This document shows, piece after piece, positions 38,501 to 52,300 of a stretch of 64,000 nt of DNA. Origin of the DNA: Eledone cirrhosa (taxonomy: Eukaryota). Each line of letters begins with the position of its first letter. The first letter of the stretch is position 1. A model generated the notes under the pieces. It was not told the origin of the DNA, made no database searches, and worked only from the letters and a program-made list of their open reading frames with translations. Position numbers and translations under genes: made by a program. The stretch spans positions 128,960,001-129,024,000 of the forward strand of contig OZ024744.1 of NCBI GenBank assembly GCA_964016885.1, written 5' to 3'.

Positions 38501-40330
38501 AATTAAGTTGGGGTTAAGTTAAGTTGCGGTTAAGTTAAAATGAGGTTAAGTTAAGTTGGGGTTAAGTTAAGTTGGGGTTAAGTTAAGTTGGGGCTAAGTT
38601 AAGTTGGGGCTAATTTAAGTTGGGGCTAAGTTAAGTTGGGATTAAGTTAACTTTGGGTTAAGTTAAGTTGGGTTTGAGTTAAGTTGGGGTTAATTAAGTT
38701 GGGGTTAAGTTAAGTTGGGGTTAAGTTAAGTTGGGGTTAAGTTAAGTTGGGGTTAAGTTAAGTTGATGTTAAGTTAAGTTGGGGTTAATTTAAGTTGGGG
38801 TTAAGTTAAGTTGGGGCTAAGTTAAGTTGGGGTTAAGTTAATTAGGGTTAAGTTAAGTTGGGGTTAAGTTAAGTTGGGGTTAAGTTAAGTTGGGGTTAAG
38901 TTAATTTGTGGTTAAGTTAAGTTGGGGTTAAGTTAAGTTGGGGTTAAGTTAAGTTGGGGATAAGTTAAGTTTAGGATAAGTTAAGTTGGGGTTAATTAAG
39001 TTGGGTTTAAGTTAAGTTGGGGTTAAGTTAAGTTGGGGTTAAGTTAAGTTGGGGTTAAGTTAAGTTGGTTAGTTAAGTTGAGTTTAAGTTAAGTTGGGGT
39101 TAATTTAAGTTGGGGTTAAGTTAAGTTGGGGTTAAGTTAATTTGGGGTTAAGTTAAGTTGGGGTTCAGTTAAGTTGGGGTTAAGTTAAGTTGGGGTTAAG
39201 TTGGGGTAAAATTAAGTTGGGGTTAAGTTAAGTTGCGGTTAAGTTAAAATGAGGTTAAGTTAAGTTGGGGTTAAGTTAAGTTGGGGTTAAGTTAAGTTGG
39301 GGCTAAGTTAAGTTGGGGCTAAGTTAAGTTGGGGCTAAGTTAAGTTGGGGTTAAGTTAACTTTGGGTTAAGTTAAGTTGGGTTTGAGTTAAGTTGGGGTT
39401 AATTAAGTTGGGGTTAAGTTAAGTTGGGGTTAAGTTAAGTTGGGGTTAAGTTAAGTTGGGGTTAAGTTAAGTTGATGTTAAGTTAAGTTGGGGTTAATTT
39501 AAGTTGGGGTTAAGTTAAGTTGGGGCTAAGTTAAGTTGGAGCTAAGTTAAGTTGGGGCTAAGTTAAGTTGGGGTTAAGTTAAGTTGGGGTTAAGTTAAGG
39601 TGGGGTTAAGTTAAGTTGGGGTCAACTTAAGTTGGGGTTAAGTTAAGTTGGGGTTAACTTAAGTTGGGGTTAAGTTAAGTTGGGGTTAAGTTAAGTTGGG
39701 GTTAAGTTAAGTTGGGGTTACGTTAAGTTGGGGGTAAGTTAAGTTGGTGGTAAGTTAAGTTGGGGGTAAGTTAAGATGGGGTTAAGTTAGGGTTAAGTTA
39801 AGTTAGGGTTAAGTTAATTTGGGGTTGAGTTAAGTTGGGGTTAAGTTAAGTGGTGGTTATGTTAAGTTGGGGTTAAGTTAAGTTGGGGTTAATTTAAATT
39901 GGGGTTAATTTAAATTTGTTGTTAAGTTAAGTTGGGGTTAATTTAAGTTGGGGTTAAGTTAAGTTGGGGTTGAGTTAAGTTGTGGTTGAGTGAAGTTGGG
40001 GTTAAGTTAAGTTGGGGTTAAGTTAAGTTGGGGTTGAGTTAAGTTGGGGTTAATTTAAGTTGGGGCTAAGTTCATTTGGGGTTCAGTTAAGTTGGGGTTA
40101 AATTAAGTTGGGGTTAAGTTAAGTTGGGGTTAAATTAAGTTGGGGTTAAGTTAAGTTGGGGTTAAGTTAAGTTGGGGTTAAGTTAATTTGGGGTTAAGTG
40201 AAGTTAGGGTTAAGTTAAGTTGGGGTTGAGTTAAGTTGGGGGTAAGTTAAGTTGGGGTTATGTTAAGTTGGGGTTACGTTAAGTTGGGTTTAAGTTAAGT
40301 TGGGGTTAAGTTAAGTTGGGGTTAAGTTAA
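26560..40330 (+). repeat. Tandem duplication with a period of ~6.87-6.89 kb
   Basis: Both copies share a GCCG-to-GCGG junction (~26586/~33460). TGATG markers pair as 27311/34185, 28004/34878, 31875/38765 and 32584/39474. Both copies contain the same 416-bp local duplication. Confidence 0.88.
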
Positions 40331-43300
40331 GTTGGGGTTAATTTAAGTTGGGGTTAAGTTAAGTTGGGATTAATTTAAGTTGGGGTTAAGTTAAGTTGGG
40401 GTTAAGTTAAGTTGGGGTTAAATTAAGTTGGGGTTAAGTTAAGTTGGGGTTAAGTTAAGTTGGGGTTAAGTTAATTTGGGGTTAAGTTAAGTTAGGGTAA
40501 AGTTAAGTTGGGGTTGAGTTAAGTTGGGGTAAGTTAAGTTGGGGTTAAGTTAAGTTGGGGTTAAGTTAAGTTGGGGTTAAGTTAAGTTAGGCTTAACTTA
40601 AGTTGGGGTTAAGTTAAGTTGGGGGTGAGTTAAGTTGGGGGTAAGTTAAGTTGGGGTTAAGTTAAGTTGGGGTTAAGTTGGGGTTAAGTTAAGTTAGGGT
40701 TAAGTTAATTTGGGGTTGAGTTAAGTTGGGGTTAAGTTAAGTTGGGGATAAGTTAAGTTGAGGATAAGTTAAGTTGGGGTTAATTAAGTTGGGTTTAAGT
40801 TAAGTTGGGGTTAAGTTAAGTTGGGGTTAAGTTAAGTTGGGGTTAAGTTAAGTTGGTTAGTTAAGTTGAGTTTAAGTTAAGTTGGGGTTAATTTAAGTTG
40901 GGGTTAAGTTAAGTTGGGGTTAAGTTAATTTGGGGTTAAGTTAAGTTGGGGTTCAGTTAAGTTGGGGTTAAGTTAAGTTGGGGTTAAGTTGGGGTAAAAT
41001 TAAGTTGGGGTTAAGTTAAGTTGCGGTTAAGTTAAAATGAGGTTAAGTTAAGTTGGGGTTAAGTTAAGTTGGGGTTAAGTTAAGTTGGGGCTAAGTTAAG
41101 TTGGGGCTAATTTAAGTTGGGGCTAAGTTAAGTTGGGATTAAGTTAACTTTGGGTTAAGTTAAGTTGGGTTTGAGTTAAGTTGGGGTTAATTAAGTTGGG
41201 GTTAAGTTAAGTTGGGGTTAAGTTAAGTTGGGGTTAAGTTAAGTTGGGGTTAAGTTAAGTTGATGTTAAGTTAAGTTGGGGTTAATTTAAGTTGGGGTTA
41301 AGTTAAGTTGGGGCTAAGTTAAGTTGGGGTTAAGTTAATTAGGGTTAAGTTAAGTTGGGGTTAAGTTAAGTTGGGGTTAAGTTAAGTTGGGGTTAAGTTA
41401 ATTTGTGGTTAAGTTAAGTTGGGGTTAAGTTAAGTTGGGGTTAAGTTAAGTTGGGGATAAGTTAAGTTTAGGATAAGTTAAGTTGGGGTTAATTAAGTTG
41501 GGTTTAAGTTAAGTTGGGGTTAAGTTAAGTTGGGGTTAAGTTAAGTTGGGGTTAAGTTAAGTTGGTTAGTTAAGTTGAGTTTAAGTTAAGTTGGGGTTAA
41601 TTTAAGTTGGGGTTAAGTTAAGTTGGGGTTAAGTTAATTTGGGGTTAAGTTAAGTTGGGGTTCAGTTAAGTTGGGGTTAAGTTAAGTTGGGGTTAAGTTG
41701 GGGTAAAATTAAGTTGGGGTTAAGTTAAGTTGCGGTTAAGTTAAAATGAGGTTAAGTTAAGTTGGGGTTAAGTTAAGTTGGGGTTAAGTTAAGTTGGGGC
41801 TAAGTTAAGTTGGGGCTAAGTTAAGTTGGGGCTAAGTTAAGTTGGGGTTAAGTTAACTTTGGGTTAAGTTAAGTTGGGTTTGAGTTAAGTTGGGGTTAAT
41901 TAAGTTGGGGTTAAGTTAAGTTGGGGTTAAGTTAAGTTGGGGTTAAGTTAAGTTGGGGTTAAGTTAAGTTGATGTTAAGTTAAGTTGGGATAATTTAAGT
42001 TGGGGTTAAGTTAAGTTGGGGCTAAGTTAAGTTGGAGCTAAGTTAAGTTGGGGCTAAGTTAAGTTGGGGTTAAGTTAAGTTGGGGTTAAGTTAAGGTGGG
42101 GTTAAGTTAAGTTGGGGTCAACTTAAGTTGGGGTTAAGTTAAGTTGGGGTTAACTTAAGTTGGGGTTAAGTTAAGTTGGGGTTAAGTTAAGTTGGGGTTA
42201 AGTTAAGTTGGGGTTACGTTAAGTTGGGGGTAAGTTAAGTTGGTGGTAAGTTAAGTTGGGGGTAAGTTAAGATGGGGTTAAGTTAGGGTTAAGTTAAGTT
42301 AGGGTTAAGTTAATTTGGGGTTGAGTTAAGTTGGGGTTAAGTTAAGTGGTGGTTATGTTAAGTTGGGGTTAAGTTAAGTTGGGGTTAATTTAAATTGGGG
42401 TTAATTTAAATTTGTTGTTAAGTTAAGTTGGGGTTAATTTAAGTTGGGGTTAAGTTAAGTTGGGGTTGAGTTAAGTTGTGGTTGAGTGAAGTTGGGGTTA
42501 AGTTAAGTTGGGGTTAAGTTAAGTTGGGGTTGAGTTAAGTTGGGGTTAATTTAAGTTGGGGCTAAGTTCATTTGGGGTTCAGTTAAGTTGGGGTTAAATT
42601 AAGTTGGGGTTAAGTTAAGTTGGGGTTAAATTAAGTTGGGGTTAAGTTAAGTTGGGGTTAAGTTAAGTTGGGGTTAAGTTAATTTGGGGTTAAGTGAAGT
42701 TAGGGTTAAGTTAAGTTGGGGTTGAGTTAAGTTGGGGGTAAGTTAAGTTGGGGTTATGTTAAGTTGGGGTTACGTTAAGTTGGGTTTAAGTTAAGTTGGG
42801 GTTAAGTTAAGTTGGGGTTAAGTTAAGTTGGGGTTAATTTAAGTTGGGGTTAAGTTAAGTTGGGATTAATTTAAGTTGGGGTTAAGTTAAGTTGGGGTTA
42901 AGTTAAGTTGGGGTTAAATTAAGTTGGGGTTAAGTTAAGTTGGGGTTAAGTTAAGTTGGGGTTAAGTTAATTTGGGGTTAAGTTAAGTTAGGGTAAAGTT
43001 AAGTTGGGGTTGAGTTAAGTTGGGGTAAGTTAAGTTGGGGTTAAGTTAAGTTGGGGTTAAGTTAAGTTGGGGTTAAGTTAAGTTAGGCTTAACTTAAGTT
43101 GGGGTTAAGTTAAGTTGGGGGTGAGTTAAGTTGGGGGTAAGTTAAGTTGGGGTTAAGTTAAGTTGGGGTTAAGTTGGGGTTAAGTTAAGTTAGGGTTAAG
43201 TTAATTTGGGGTTGAGTTAAGTTGGGGTTAAGTTAAGTGGTGGTTATGTTAAGTTGGGGTTAAGTTAAGTTGGGGTTAATTTAAATTGGGGTTAATTTAA

Positions 43301-46300
43301 ATTTGTTGTTAAGTTAAGTTGGGGTTAATTTAAGTTGGGGTTAAGTTAAGTTGGGGTTGAGTTAAGTTGTGGTTGAGTGAAGTTGGGGTTAAGTTAAGTT
43401 GGGGTTAAATTAAGTTGGAGTTAAGTTAAGTTGGGGTTGAGTTAAGTTGGGGTTAATTTAAGTTGGGGCTAAGTTAATTTGGGGTTAAGTTAAGTTGGGG
43501 TTAAATTAAGTTGGGGTTAAGTTAAGTTGGGGTTAAGTTAAGTTGGGGTTAAGTTAATTTGGGGTTAAGTGAAGTTAGGGTTAAGTTAAGTTGGGGCTGA
43601 GTTAAGTTGGGGGTAAGTTAAGTTGGGGTTATGTTAAGTTGGGGTTAAGTTAAGTTGGGGTTAAGTTAAGTTGGGGTTCAGTTAAGTTGCCGTTAAGTTA
43701 AGTTGGGGTTAAGTTAAGTTGGGGTTAAGTTAAGTTGGGGTTAATTTAAGTTGGGGTTAAGTTAAGTTGGGGTTAAGTTAATTTGTGGTTAAGTTAAGTT
43801 GGGGTTAAGTTAAGTTGGGGTTAAATTCAGTCGGGGTTAAGTTAAGTCGGGGTTAAGTTACGTTGGGGTTAAGTTAAGTTGGGGTTAAGTTAAGTTGGGG
43901 TTGAGTTAAGTTGGGGTTAAGTTAAGTTGGGGTTAAGTTAAGTTGGGGTTAAGTTAAGTTGGGGTTAAGTTAAGTTGGGGTTAATTTAAGTTGGGGTTAA
44001 TTTAAGTTGGGGTTAAGTTAAGTTGGGGTTAAGTTAAGTTGGGGTAACGTTAAGTTGGGGGTAAGTTAAGTTGGGGTTAAGTTAAGTTGGGGTTAAGTTG
44101 GGGTTAAGTTAAGTTAGGGTTAACTTAAGTTGGGGTTGTGTTAAGTGGTGGTTATGTTAAGTGGTGGTTATGTTAAGTTGGGGTTAAGTTAAGTTGGGGT
44201 TAAGTTAAGTTGGGGTTAAGTTAAGTTGGGGTTAAGTTAATTAGGGTTAAGTTAAGTTGGGTTTAAGTTAAGTTGGGGTTAAGTTAATTTGTGGTTAAGT
44301 TAAGTTGGGGTTAAGTTAAGTTGGGGTTAAGTTAATTTGGGGTTAAGTTAAGTTGGGGTTCAGTTAAGTTGGGGTTAAGTTAAGTTGGGGTTAAGTTGGG
44401 GTAAAATTAAGTTGGGGTTAAGTTAAGTTGCGGTTAAGTTAAAATGAGGTTAAGTTAAGTTGGGGTTAAGTTAAGTTGGGGTTAAGTTAAGTTGGGGCTA
44501 AGTTAAGTTGGGGCTAAGTTAAGTTGGGGCTAAGTTAAGTTGGGGTTAAGTTAACTTTGGGTTAAGTTAAGTTGGGTTTGAGTTAAGTTGGGGTTAATTA
44601 AGTTGGGGTTAAGTTAAGTTGGGGTTAAGTTAAGTTGGGGTTAAGTTAAGTTGATGTTAAGTTAAGTTGGGGTTAATTTAAGTTGGGGTTAAGTTAAGTT
44701 GGGGCTAAGTTAAGTTGGAGCTAAGTTAAGTTGGGGCTAAGTTAAGTTGGGGTTAAGTTAAGTTGGGGTTAAGTTAAGGTGGGGTTAAGTTAAGTTGGGG
44801 TCAACTTAAGTTGGGGTTAAGTTAAGTTGGGGTTAACTTAAGTTGGGGTTAAGTTAAGTTGGGGTTAAGTTAAGTTGGGGTTACGTTAAGTTGGGGGTAA
44901 GTTAAGTTGGTGGTAAGTTAAGTTGGGGGTAAGTTAAGATGGGGTTAAGTTAGGGTTAAGTTAAGTTAGGGTTAAGTTAATTTGGGGTTGAGTTAAGTTG
45001 GGGTTAAGTTAAGTGGTGGTTATGTTAAGTTGGGGTTAAGTTAAGTTGGGGTTAATTTAAATTGGGGTTAATTTAAATTTGTTGTTAAGTTAAGTTGGGG
45101 TTAATTTAAGTTGGGGTTAAGTTAAGTTGGGGTTGAGTTAAGTTGGGGTTGAGTGAAGTTGGGGTTAAGTTAAGTTGGGGTTAAGTTAAGTTGGGGTTGA
45201 GTTAAGTTGGGGTTAATTTAAGTTGGGGCTAAGTTCATTTGGGGTTCAGTTAAGTTGGGGTTAAATTAAGTTGGGGTTAAGTTAAGTTGGGGTTAAATTA
45301 AGTTGGGGTTAAGTTAAGTTGGGGTTAAGTTAAGTTGGGGTTAAGTTAATTTGGGGTTAAGTGAAGTTAGGGTTAAGTTAAGTTGGGGTTGAGTTAAGTT
45401 GGGGGTAAGTTAAGTTGGGGTTATGTTAAGTTGGGGTTACGTTAAGTTGGGTTTAAGTTAAGTTGGGGTTAAGTTAAGTTGGGGTTAAGTTAAGTTGGGG
45501 TTAATTTAAGTTGGGGTTAAGTTAAGTTGGGATTAATTTAAGTTGGGGTTAAGTTAAGTTGGGGTTAAGTTAAGTTGGGGTTAAATTAAGTTGGGGTTAA
45601 GTTAAGTTGGGGTTAAGTTAAGTTGGGGTTAAGTTAATTTGGGGTTAAGTTAAGTTAGGGTAAAGTTAAGTTGGGGTTGAGTTAAGTTGGGGTAAGTTAA
45701 GTTGGGGTTAAGTTAAGTTGGGGTTAAGTTAAGTTGGGGTTAAGTTAAGTTAGGCTTAACTTAAGTTGGGGTTAAGTTAAGTTGGGGGTGAGTTAAGTTG
45801 GGGGTAAGTTAAGTTGGGGTTAAGTTAAGTTGGGGTTAAGTTGGGGTTAAGTTAAGTTAGGGTTAAGTTAATTTGGGGTTGAGTTAAGTTGGGGTTAAGT
45901 TAAGTGGTGGTTATGTTAAGTTGGGGTTAAGTTAAGTTGGGGTTAATTTAAATTGGGGTTAATTTAAATTTGTTGTTAAGTTAAGTTGGGGTTAATTTAA
46001 GTTGGGGTTAAGTTAAGTTGGGGTTGAGTTAAGTTGTGGTTGAGTGAAGTTGGGGTTAAGTTAAGTTGGGGTTAAATTAAGTTGGGGTTAAGTTAAGTTG
46101 GGGTTGAGTTAAGTTGGGGTTAATTTAAGTTGGGGCTAAGTTAATTTGGGGTTAAGTTAAGTTGGGGTTAAATTAAGTTGGGGTTAAGTTAAGTTGGGGT
46201 TAAGTTAAGTTGGGGTTAAGTTAATTTGGGGTTAAGTGAAGTTAGGGTTAAGTTAAGTTGGGGCTGAGTTAAGTTGGGGGTAAGTTAAGTTGGGGTTATG

Positions 46301-49300
46301 TTAAGTTGGGGTTAAGTTAAGTTGGGGTTAAGTTAAGTTGGGGTTCAGTTAAGTTGCCGTTAAGTTAAGTTGGGGTTAAGTTAAGTTGGGGTTAAGTTAA
46401 GTTGGGGTTAATTTAAGTTGGGGTTAAGTTAAGTTGGGGTTAAGTTAATTTGTGGTTAAGTTAAGTTGGGGTTAAGTTAAGTTGGGGTTAAATTCAGTCG
46501 GGGTTAAGTTAAGTCGGGGTTAAGTTACGTTGGGGTTAAGTTAAGTTGGGGTTAAGTTAAGTTGGGGTTGAGTTAAGTTGGGGTTAAGTTAAGTTGGGGT
46601 TAAGTTAAGTTGGGGTTAAGTTAAGTTGGGGTTAAGTTAAGTTGGGGTTAAGTTAAGTTGGGGTTAATTTAAGTTGGGGTTAATTTAAGTTGGGGTTAAG
46701 TTAAGTTGGGGTAACGTTAAGTTGGGGGTAAGTTAAGTTGGGGTTAAGTTAAGTTGGGGTTAAGTTGGGGTTAAGTTAAGTTAGGGTTAACTTAAGTTGG
46801 GGTTGTGTTAAGTGGTGGTTATGTTAAGTGGTGGTTATGTTAAGTTGGGGTTAAGTTAAGTTGGGGTTAAGTTAAGTTGGGGTTAAGTTAAGTTGGGGTT
46901 AAGTTAATTAGGGTTAAGTTAAGTTGGGTTTAAGTTAAGTTGGGGTTAAGTTAATTTGTGGTTAAGTTAAGTTGGGGTTAAGTTAAGTTGGGGTTAAGTT
47001 AAGTTGGGGATAAGTTAAGTTGGGGATAAGTTAAGTTGGGGTTAATTAAGTTGGGTTTAAGTTAAGTTGGGGTTAAGTTAAGTCGGGGTTAAGTTAAGTT
47101 GGGGTTAAGTTAAGTTGGGGGTAAGATAAGTTGGGGTTAGTTAAGTTGCGGTTAAGTTAAGTTGGGGTTAAGTTAAGTTGGGGTTAAGTTAAGTTGGGGT
47201 TAAGTTAAGTTGGGGTTAATTTAAGTTGGGGTTAATTTAAGTTGGGGTAAAGTTAAGTTGGGGGTAAGTTAAGTTGGGGTTAAGTTAAGTTGGGGTTAAG
47301 TTGGGGTTAAGTTAAGTTAGGGTTAACTTAAGTTGGGGTTGTGTTAAGTGGTGGTTATGTTAAGTGGTGGTTATGTTAAGTTGGGGTTAAGTTAAGTTGG
47401 GGTTAAGTTAAATTGGGGTTAAGTTAAGTTGCGGTTAAGTTAAGTTGGGGTTAAGTTAAGTTGGGGTTAAGTTAATTAGGGTTAAGTTAAATTGGGGTTA
47501 AGTTAAGTTGGGGTTAGTTAAGTTGGGGTTAAGTTAATTTGTGGTTAAGTTAATTTGGGGTTAAGTTAAGTTGGGGTTAAGTTAAGTTGGGGATAAGTTA
47601 AGTTGAGGATAAGTTAAGTTGGGGTTAATTAAGTTGGGTTTAAGTTAAGTTGGGGTTAAGTTAAGTTGGGGTTAAGTTAAGTTGGGGTTAAGTTAAGTTG
47701 GTTAGTTAAGTTGAGTTTAAGTTAAGTTGGGGTTAATTTAAGTTGGGGTTAAGTTAAGTTGGGGTTAAGTTAATTTGGGGTTAAGTTAAGTTGGGGTTCA
47801 GTTAAGTTGGGGTTAAGTTAAGTTGGGGTTAAGTTGGGGTAAAATTAAGTTGGGGTTAAGTTAAGTTGCGGTTAAGTTAAAATGAGGTTAAGTTAAGTTG
47901 GGGTTAAGTTAAGTTGGGGTTAAGTTAAGTTGGGGCTAAGTTAAGTTGGGGCTAATTTAAGTTGGGGCTAAGTTAAGTTGGGATTAAGTTAACTTTGGGT
48001 TAAGTTAAGTTGGGTTTGAGTTAAGTTGGGGTTAATTAAGTTGGGGTTAAGTTAAGTTGGGGTTAAGTTAAGTTGGGGTTAAGTTAAGTTGGGGTTAAGT
48101 TAAGTTGATGTTAAGTTAAGTTGGGGTTAATTTAAGTTGGGGTTAAGTTAAGTTGGGGCTAAGTTAAGTTGGGGTTAAGTTAATTAGGGTTAAGTTAAGT
48201 TGGGGTTAAGTTAAGTTGGGGTTAAGTTAAGTTGGGGTTAAGTTAATTTGTGGTTAAGTTAAGTTGGGGTTAAGTTAAGTTGGGGTTAAGTTAAGTTGGG
48301 GATAAGTTAAGTTTAGGATAAGTTAAGTTGGGGTTAATTAAGTTGGGTTTAAGTTAAGTTGGGGTTAAGTTAAGTTGGGGTTAAGTTAAGTTGGGGTTAA
48401 GTTAAGTTGGTTAGTTAAGTTGAGTTTAAGTTAAGTTGGGGTTAATTTAAGTTGGGGTTAAGTTAAGTTGGGGTTAAGTTAATTTGGGGTTAAGTTAAGT
48501 TGGGGTTCAGTTAAGTTGGGGTTAAGTTAAGTTGGGGTTAAGTTGGGGTAAAATTAAGTTGGGGTTAAGTTAAGTTGCGGTTAAGTTAAAATGAGGTTAA
48601 GTTAAGTTGGGGTTAAGTTAAGTTGGGGTTAAGTTAAGTTGGGGCTAAGTTAAGTTGGGGCTAAGTTAAGTTGGGGCTAAGTTAAGTTGGGGTTAAGTTA
48701 ACTTTGGGTTAAGTTAAGTTGGGTTTGAGTTAAGTTGGGGTTAATTAAGTTGGGGTTAAGTTAAGTTGGGGTTAAGTTAAGTTGGGGTTAAGTTAAGTTG
48801 GGGTTAAGTTAAGTTGATGTTAAGTTAAGTTGGGGTTAATTTAAGTTGGGGTTAAGTTAAGTTGGGGCTAAGTTAAGTTGGAGCTAAGTTAAGTTGGGGC
48901 TAAGTTAAGTTGGGGTTAAGTTAAGTTGGGGTTAAGTTAAGGTGGGGTTAAGTTAAGTTGGGGTCAACTTAAGTTGGGGTTAAGTTAAGTTGGGGTTAAC
49001 TTAAGTTGGGGTTAAGTTAAGTTGGGGTTAAGTTAAGTTGGGGTTAAGTTAAGTTGGGGTTACGTTAAGTTGGGGGTAAGTTAAGTTGGTGGTAAGTTAA
49101 GTTGGGGGTAAGTTAAGATGGGGTTAAGTTAGGGTTAAGTTAAGTTAGGGTTAAGTTAATTTGGGGTTGAGTTAAGTTGGGGTTAAGTTAAGTGGTGGTT
49201 ATGTTAAGTTGGGGTTAAGTTAAGTTGGGGTTAATTTAAATTGGGGTTAATTTAAATTTGTTGTTAAGTTAAGTTGGGGTTAATTTAAGTTGGGGTTAAG

Positions 49301-52300
49301 TTAAGTTGGGGTTGAGTTAAGTTGTGGTTGAGTGAAGTTGGGGTTAAGTTAAGTTGGGGTTAAGTTAAGTTGGGGTTGAGTTAAGTTGGGGTTAATTTAA
49401 GTTGGGGCTAAGTTCATTTGGGGTTCAGTTAAGTTGGGGTTAAATTAAGTTGGGGTTAAGTTAAGTTGGGGTTAAATTAAGTTGGGGTTAAGTTAAGTTG
49501 GGGTTAAGTTAAGTTGGGGTTAAGTTAATTTGGGGTTAAGTGAAGTTAGGGTTAAGTTAAGTTGGGGTTGAGTTAAGTTGGGGGTAAGTTAAGTTGGGGT
49601 TATGTTAAGTTGGGGTTACGTTAAGTTGGGTTTAAGTTAAGTTGGGGTTAAGTTAAGTTGGGGTTAAGTTAAGTTGGGGTTAATTTAAGTTGGGGTTAAG
49701 TTAAGTTGGGATTAATTTAAGTTGGGGTTAAGTTAAGTTGGGGTTAAGTTAAGTTGGGGTTAAATTAAGTTGGGGTTAAGTTAAGTTGGGGTTAAGTTAA
49801 GTTGGGGTTAAGTTAATTTGGGGTTAAGTTAAGTTAGGGTAAAGTTAAGTTGGGGTTGAGTTAAGTTGGGGTAAGTTAAGTTGGGGTTAAGTTAAGTTGG
49901 GGTTAAGTTAAGTTGGGGTTAAGTTAAGTTAGGCTTAACTTAAGTTGGGGTTAAGTTAAGTTGGGGGTGAGTTAAGTTGGGGGTAAGTTAAGTTGGGGTT
50001 AAGTTAAGTTGGGGTTAAGTTGGGGTTAAGTTAAGTTAGGGTTAAGTTAATTTGGGGTTGAGTTAAGTTGGGGTTAAGTTAAGTTGGGGATAAGTTAAGT
50101 TGAGGATAAGTTAAGTTGGGGTTAATTAAGTTGGGTTTAAGTTAAGTTGGGGTTAAGTTAAGTTGGGGTTAAGTTAAGTTGGGGTTAAGTTAAGTTGGTT
50201 AGTTAAGTTGAGTTTAAGTTAAGTTGGGGTTAATTTAAGTTGGGGTTAAGTTAAGTTGGGGTTAAGTTAATTTGGGGTTAAGTTAAGTTGGGGTTCAGTT
50301 AAGTTGGGGTTAAGTTAAGTTGGGGTTAAGTTGGGGTAAAATTAAGTTGGGGTTAAGTTAAGTTGCGGTTAAGTTAAAATGAGGTTAAGTTAAGTTGGGG
50401 TTAAGTTAAGTTGGGGTTAAGTTAAGTTGGGGCTAAGTTAAGTTGGGGCTAATTTAAGTTGGGGCTAAGTTAAGTTGGGATTAAGTTAACTTTGGGTTAA
50501 GTTAAGTTGGGTTTGAGTTAAGTTGGGGTTAATTAAGTTGGGGTTAAGTTAAGTTGGGGTTAAGTTAAGTTGGGGTTAAGTTAAGTTGGGGTTAAGTTAA
50601 GTTGATGTTAAGTTAAGTTGGGGTTAATTTAAGTTGGGGTTAAGTTAAGTTGGGGCTAAGTTAAGTTGGGGTTAAGTTAATTAGGGTTAAGTTAAGTTGG
50701 GGTTAAGTTAAGTTGGGGTTAAGTTAAGTTGGGGTTAAGTTAATTTGTGGTTAAGTTAAGTTGGGGTTAAGTTAAGTTGGGGTTAAGTTAAGTTGGGGAT
50801 AAGTTAAGTTTAGGATAAGTTAAGTTGGGGTTAATTAAGTTGGGTTTAAGTTAAGTTGGGGTTAAGTTAAGTTGGGGTTAAGTTAAGTTGGGGTTAAGTT
50901 AAGTTGGTTAGTTAAGTTGAGTTTAAGTTAAGTTGGGGTTAATTTAAGTTGGGGTTAAGTTAAGTTGGGGTTAAGTTAATTTGGGGTTAAGTTAAGTTGG
51001 GGTTCAGTTAAGTTGGGGTTAAGTTAAGTTGGGGTTAAGTTGGGGTAAAATTAAGTTGGGGTTAAGTTAAGTTGCGGTTAAGTTAAAATGAGGTTAAGTT
51101 AAGTTGGGGTTAAGTTAAGTTGGGGTTAAGTTAAGTTGGGGCTAAGTTAAGTTGGGGCTAAGTTAAGTTGGGGCTAAGTTAAGTTGGGGTTAAGTTAACT
51201 TTGGGTTAAGTTAAGTTGGGTTTGAGTTAAGTTGGGGTTAATTAAGTTGGGGTTAAGTTAAGTTGGGGTTAAGTTAAGTTGGGGTTAAGTTAAGTTGGGG
51301 TTAAGTTAAGTTGATGTTAAGTTAAGTTGGGATAATTTAAGTTGGGGTTAAGTTAAGTTGGGGCTAAGTTAAGTTGGAGCTAAGTTAAGTTGGGGCTAAG
51401 TTAAGTTGGGGTTAAGTTAAGTTGGGGTTAAGTTAAGGTGGGGTTAAGTTAAGTTGGGGTCAACTTAAGTTGGGGTTAAGTTAAGTTGGGGTTAACTTAA
51501 GTTGGGGTTAAGTTAAGTTGGGGTTAAGTTAAGTTGGGGTTAAGTTAAGTTGGGGTTACGTTAAGTTGGGGGTAAGTTAAGTTGGTGGTAAGTTAAGTTG
51601 GGGGTAAGTTAAGATGGGGTTAAGTTAGGGTTAAGTTAAGTTAGGGTTAAGTTAATTTGGGGTTGAGTTAAGTTGGGGTTAAGTTAAGTGGTGGTTATGT
51701 TAAGTTGGGGTTAAGTTAAGTTGGGGTTAATTTAAATTGGGGTTAATTTAAATTTGTTGTTAAGTTAAGTTGGGGTTAATTTAAGTTGGGGTTAAGTTAA
51801 GTTGGGGTTGAGTTAAGTTGTGGTTGAGTGAAGTTGGGGTTAAGTTAAGTTGGGGTTAAGTTAAGTTGGGGTTGAGTTAAGTTGGGGTTAATTTAAGTTG
51901 GGGCTAAGTTCATTTGGGGTTCAGTTAAGTTGGGGTTAAATTAAGTTGGGGTTAAGTTAAGTTGGGGTTAAATTAAGTTGGGGTTAAGTTAAGTTGGGGT
52001 TAAGTTAAGTTGGGGTTAAGTTAATTTGGGGTTAAGTGAAGTTAGGGTTAAGTTAAGTTGGGGTTGAGTTAAGTTGGGGGTAAGTTAAGTTGGGGTTATG
52101 TTAAGTTGGGGTTACGTTAAGTTGGGTTTAAGTTAAGTTGGGGTTAAGTTAAGTTGGGGTTAAGTTAAGTTGGGGTTAATTTAAGTTGGGGTTAAGTTAA
52201 GTTGGGATTAATTTAAGTTGGGGTTAAGTTAAGTTGGGGTTAAGTTAAGTTGGGGTTAAATTAAGTTGGGGTTAAGTTAAGTTGGGGTTAAGTTAAGTTG